DNA of 53,795 nt from the NCBI GenBank assembly GCA_013239625.1, contig MU053810.1, forward strand, positions 6,978,122 through 7,031,916. Direction: 5' to 3'. Positions 53,649 to 53,795 of the stretch are shown here, piece after piece (positions within the stretch are counted from its first letter, which is position 1; each line of letters opens with the position of its first letter). This DNA is from Lama guanicoe (Eukaryota). A program made the translations under genes and the position numbers. The notes under the pieces are model-generated. The model searched no databases. It was not told the DNA's origin and saw only the letters and a program-made list of their open reading frames with translations.

Positions 53649-53795
53649 CTGAAAAGCTGTGGATGTATCTCATAGCATTACGTTTTCCCAGCAGAAATCA
53701 TTACATCCCTAGCAATTCCAGAAGGCACCTTCTTTCTGTACGTCTAAGAAATCTGTAAACAGTAACTGTATAATAACTCCTGTGAGGTGAGGTGC

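Overview
Mammalian genomic DNA, very probably camelid, judging by two tRNA-derived SINEs of the camelid Vic-1 type. The only recognisable protein-coding gene is GPR158: its first coding exon is on the minus strand (22441-23342, donor AG|gtaggg) inside a CpG island. Bases 1-22440 are GPR158 intron 1 and bases above ~24.5 kb are upstream intergenic DNA rich in old L1, L2, MIR, hAT-Charlie MER and MLT/ERV LTR fragments. The main unexplained signal is a chain of six short, phase-compatible minus-strand exons at 49821-53648. Together they splice into a ~160-aa C-terminal fragment of an unrecognised membrane protein (hydrophobic helices, then a charged tail). One in-frame TGA means it is either an unannotated gene or a young unitary pseudogene. 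Also notable: an exact 113-bp locally templated insertion inside a young L1 (19128-19240 = 20817-20929), a near-identical 2.3-kb tandem duplication (9564-14209) that may be an assembly artefact, and a polyglutamine uORF plus a stop/start-coupled second uORF in the GPR158 leader. Repeat family names are from recall of consensus sequences, not from a search, and their boundaries are approximate.
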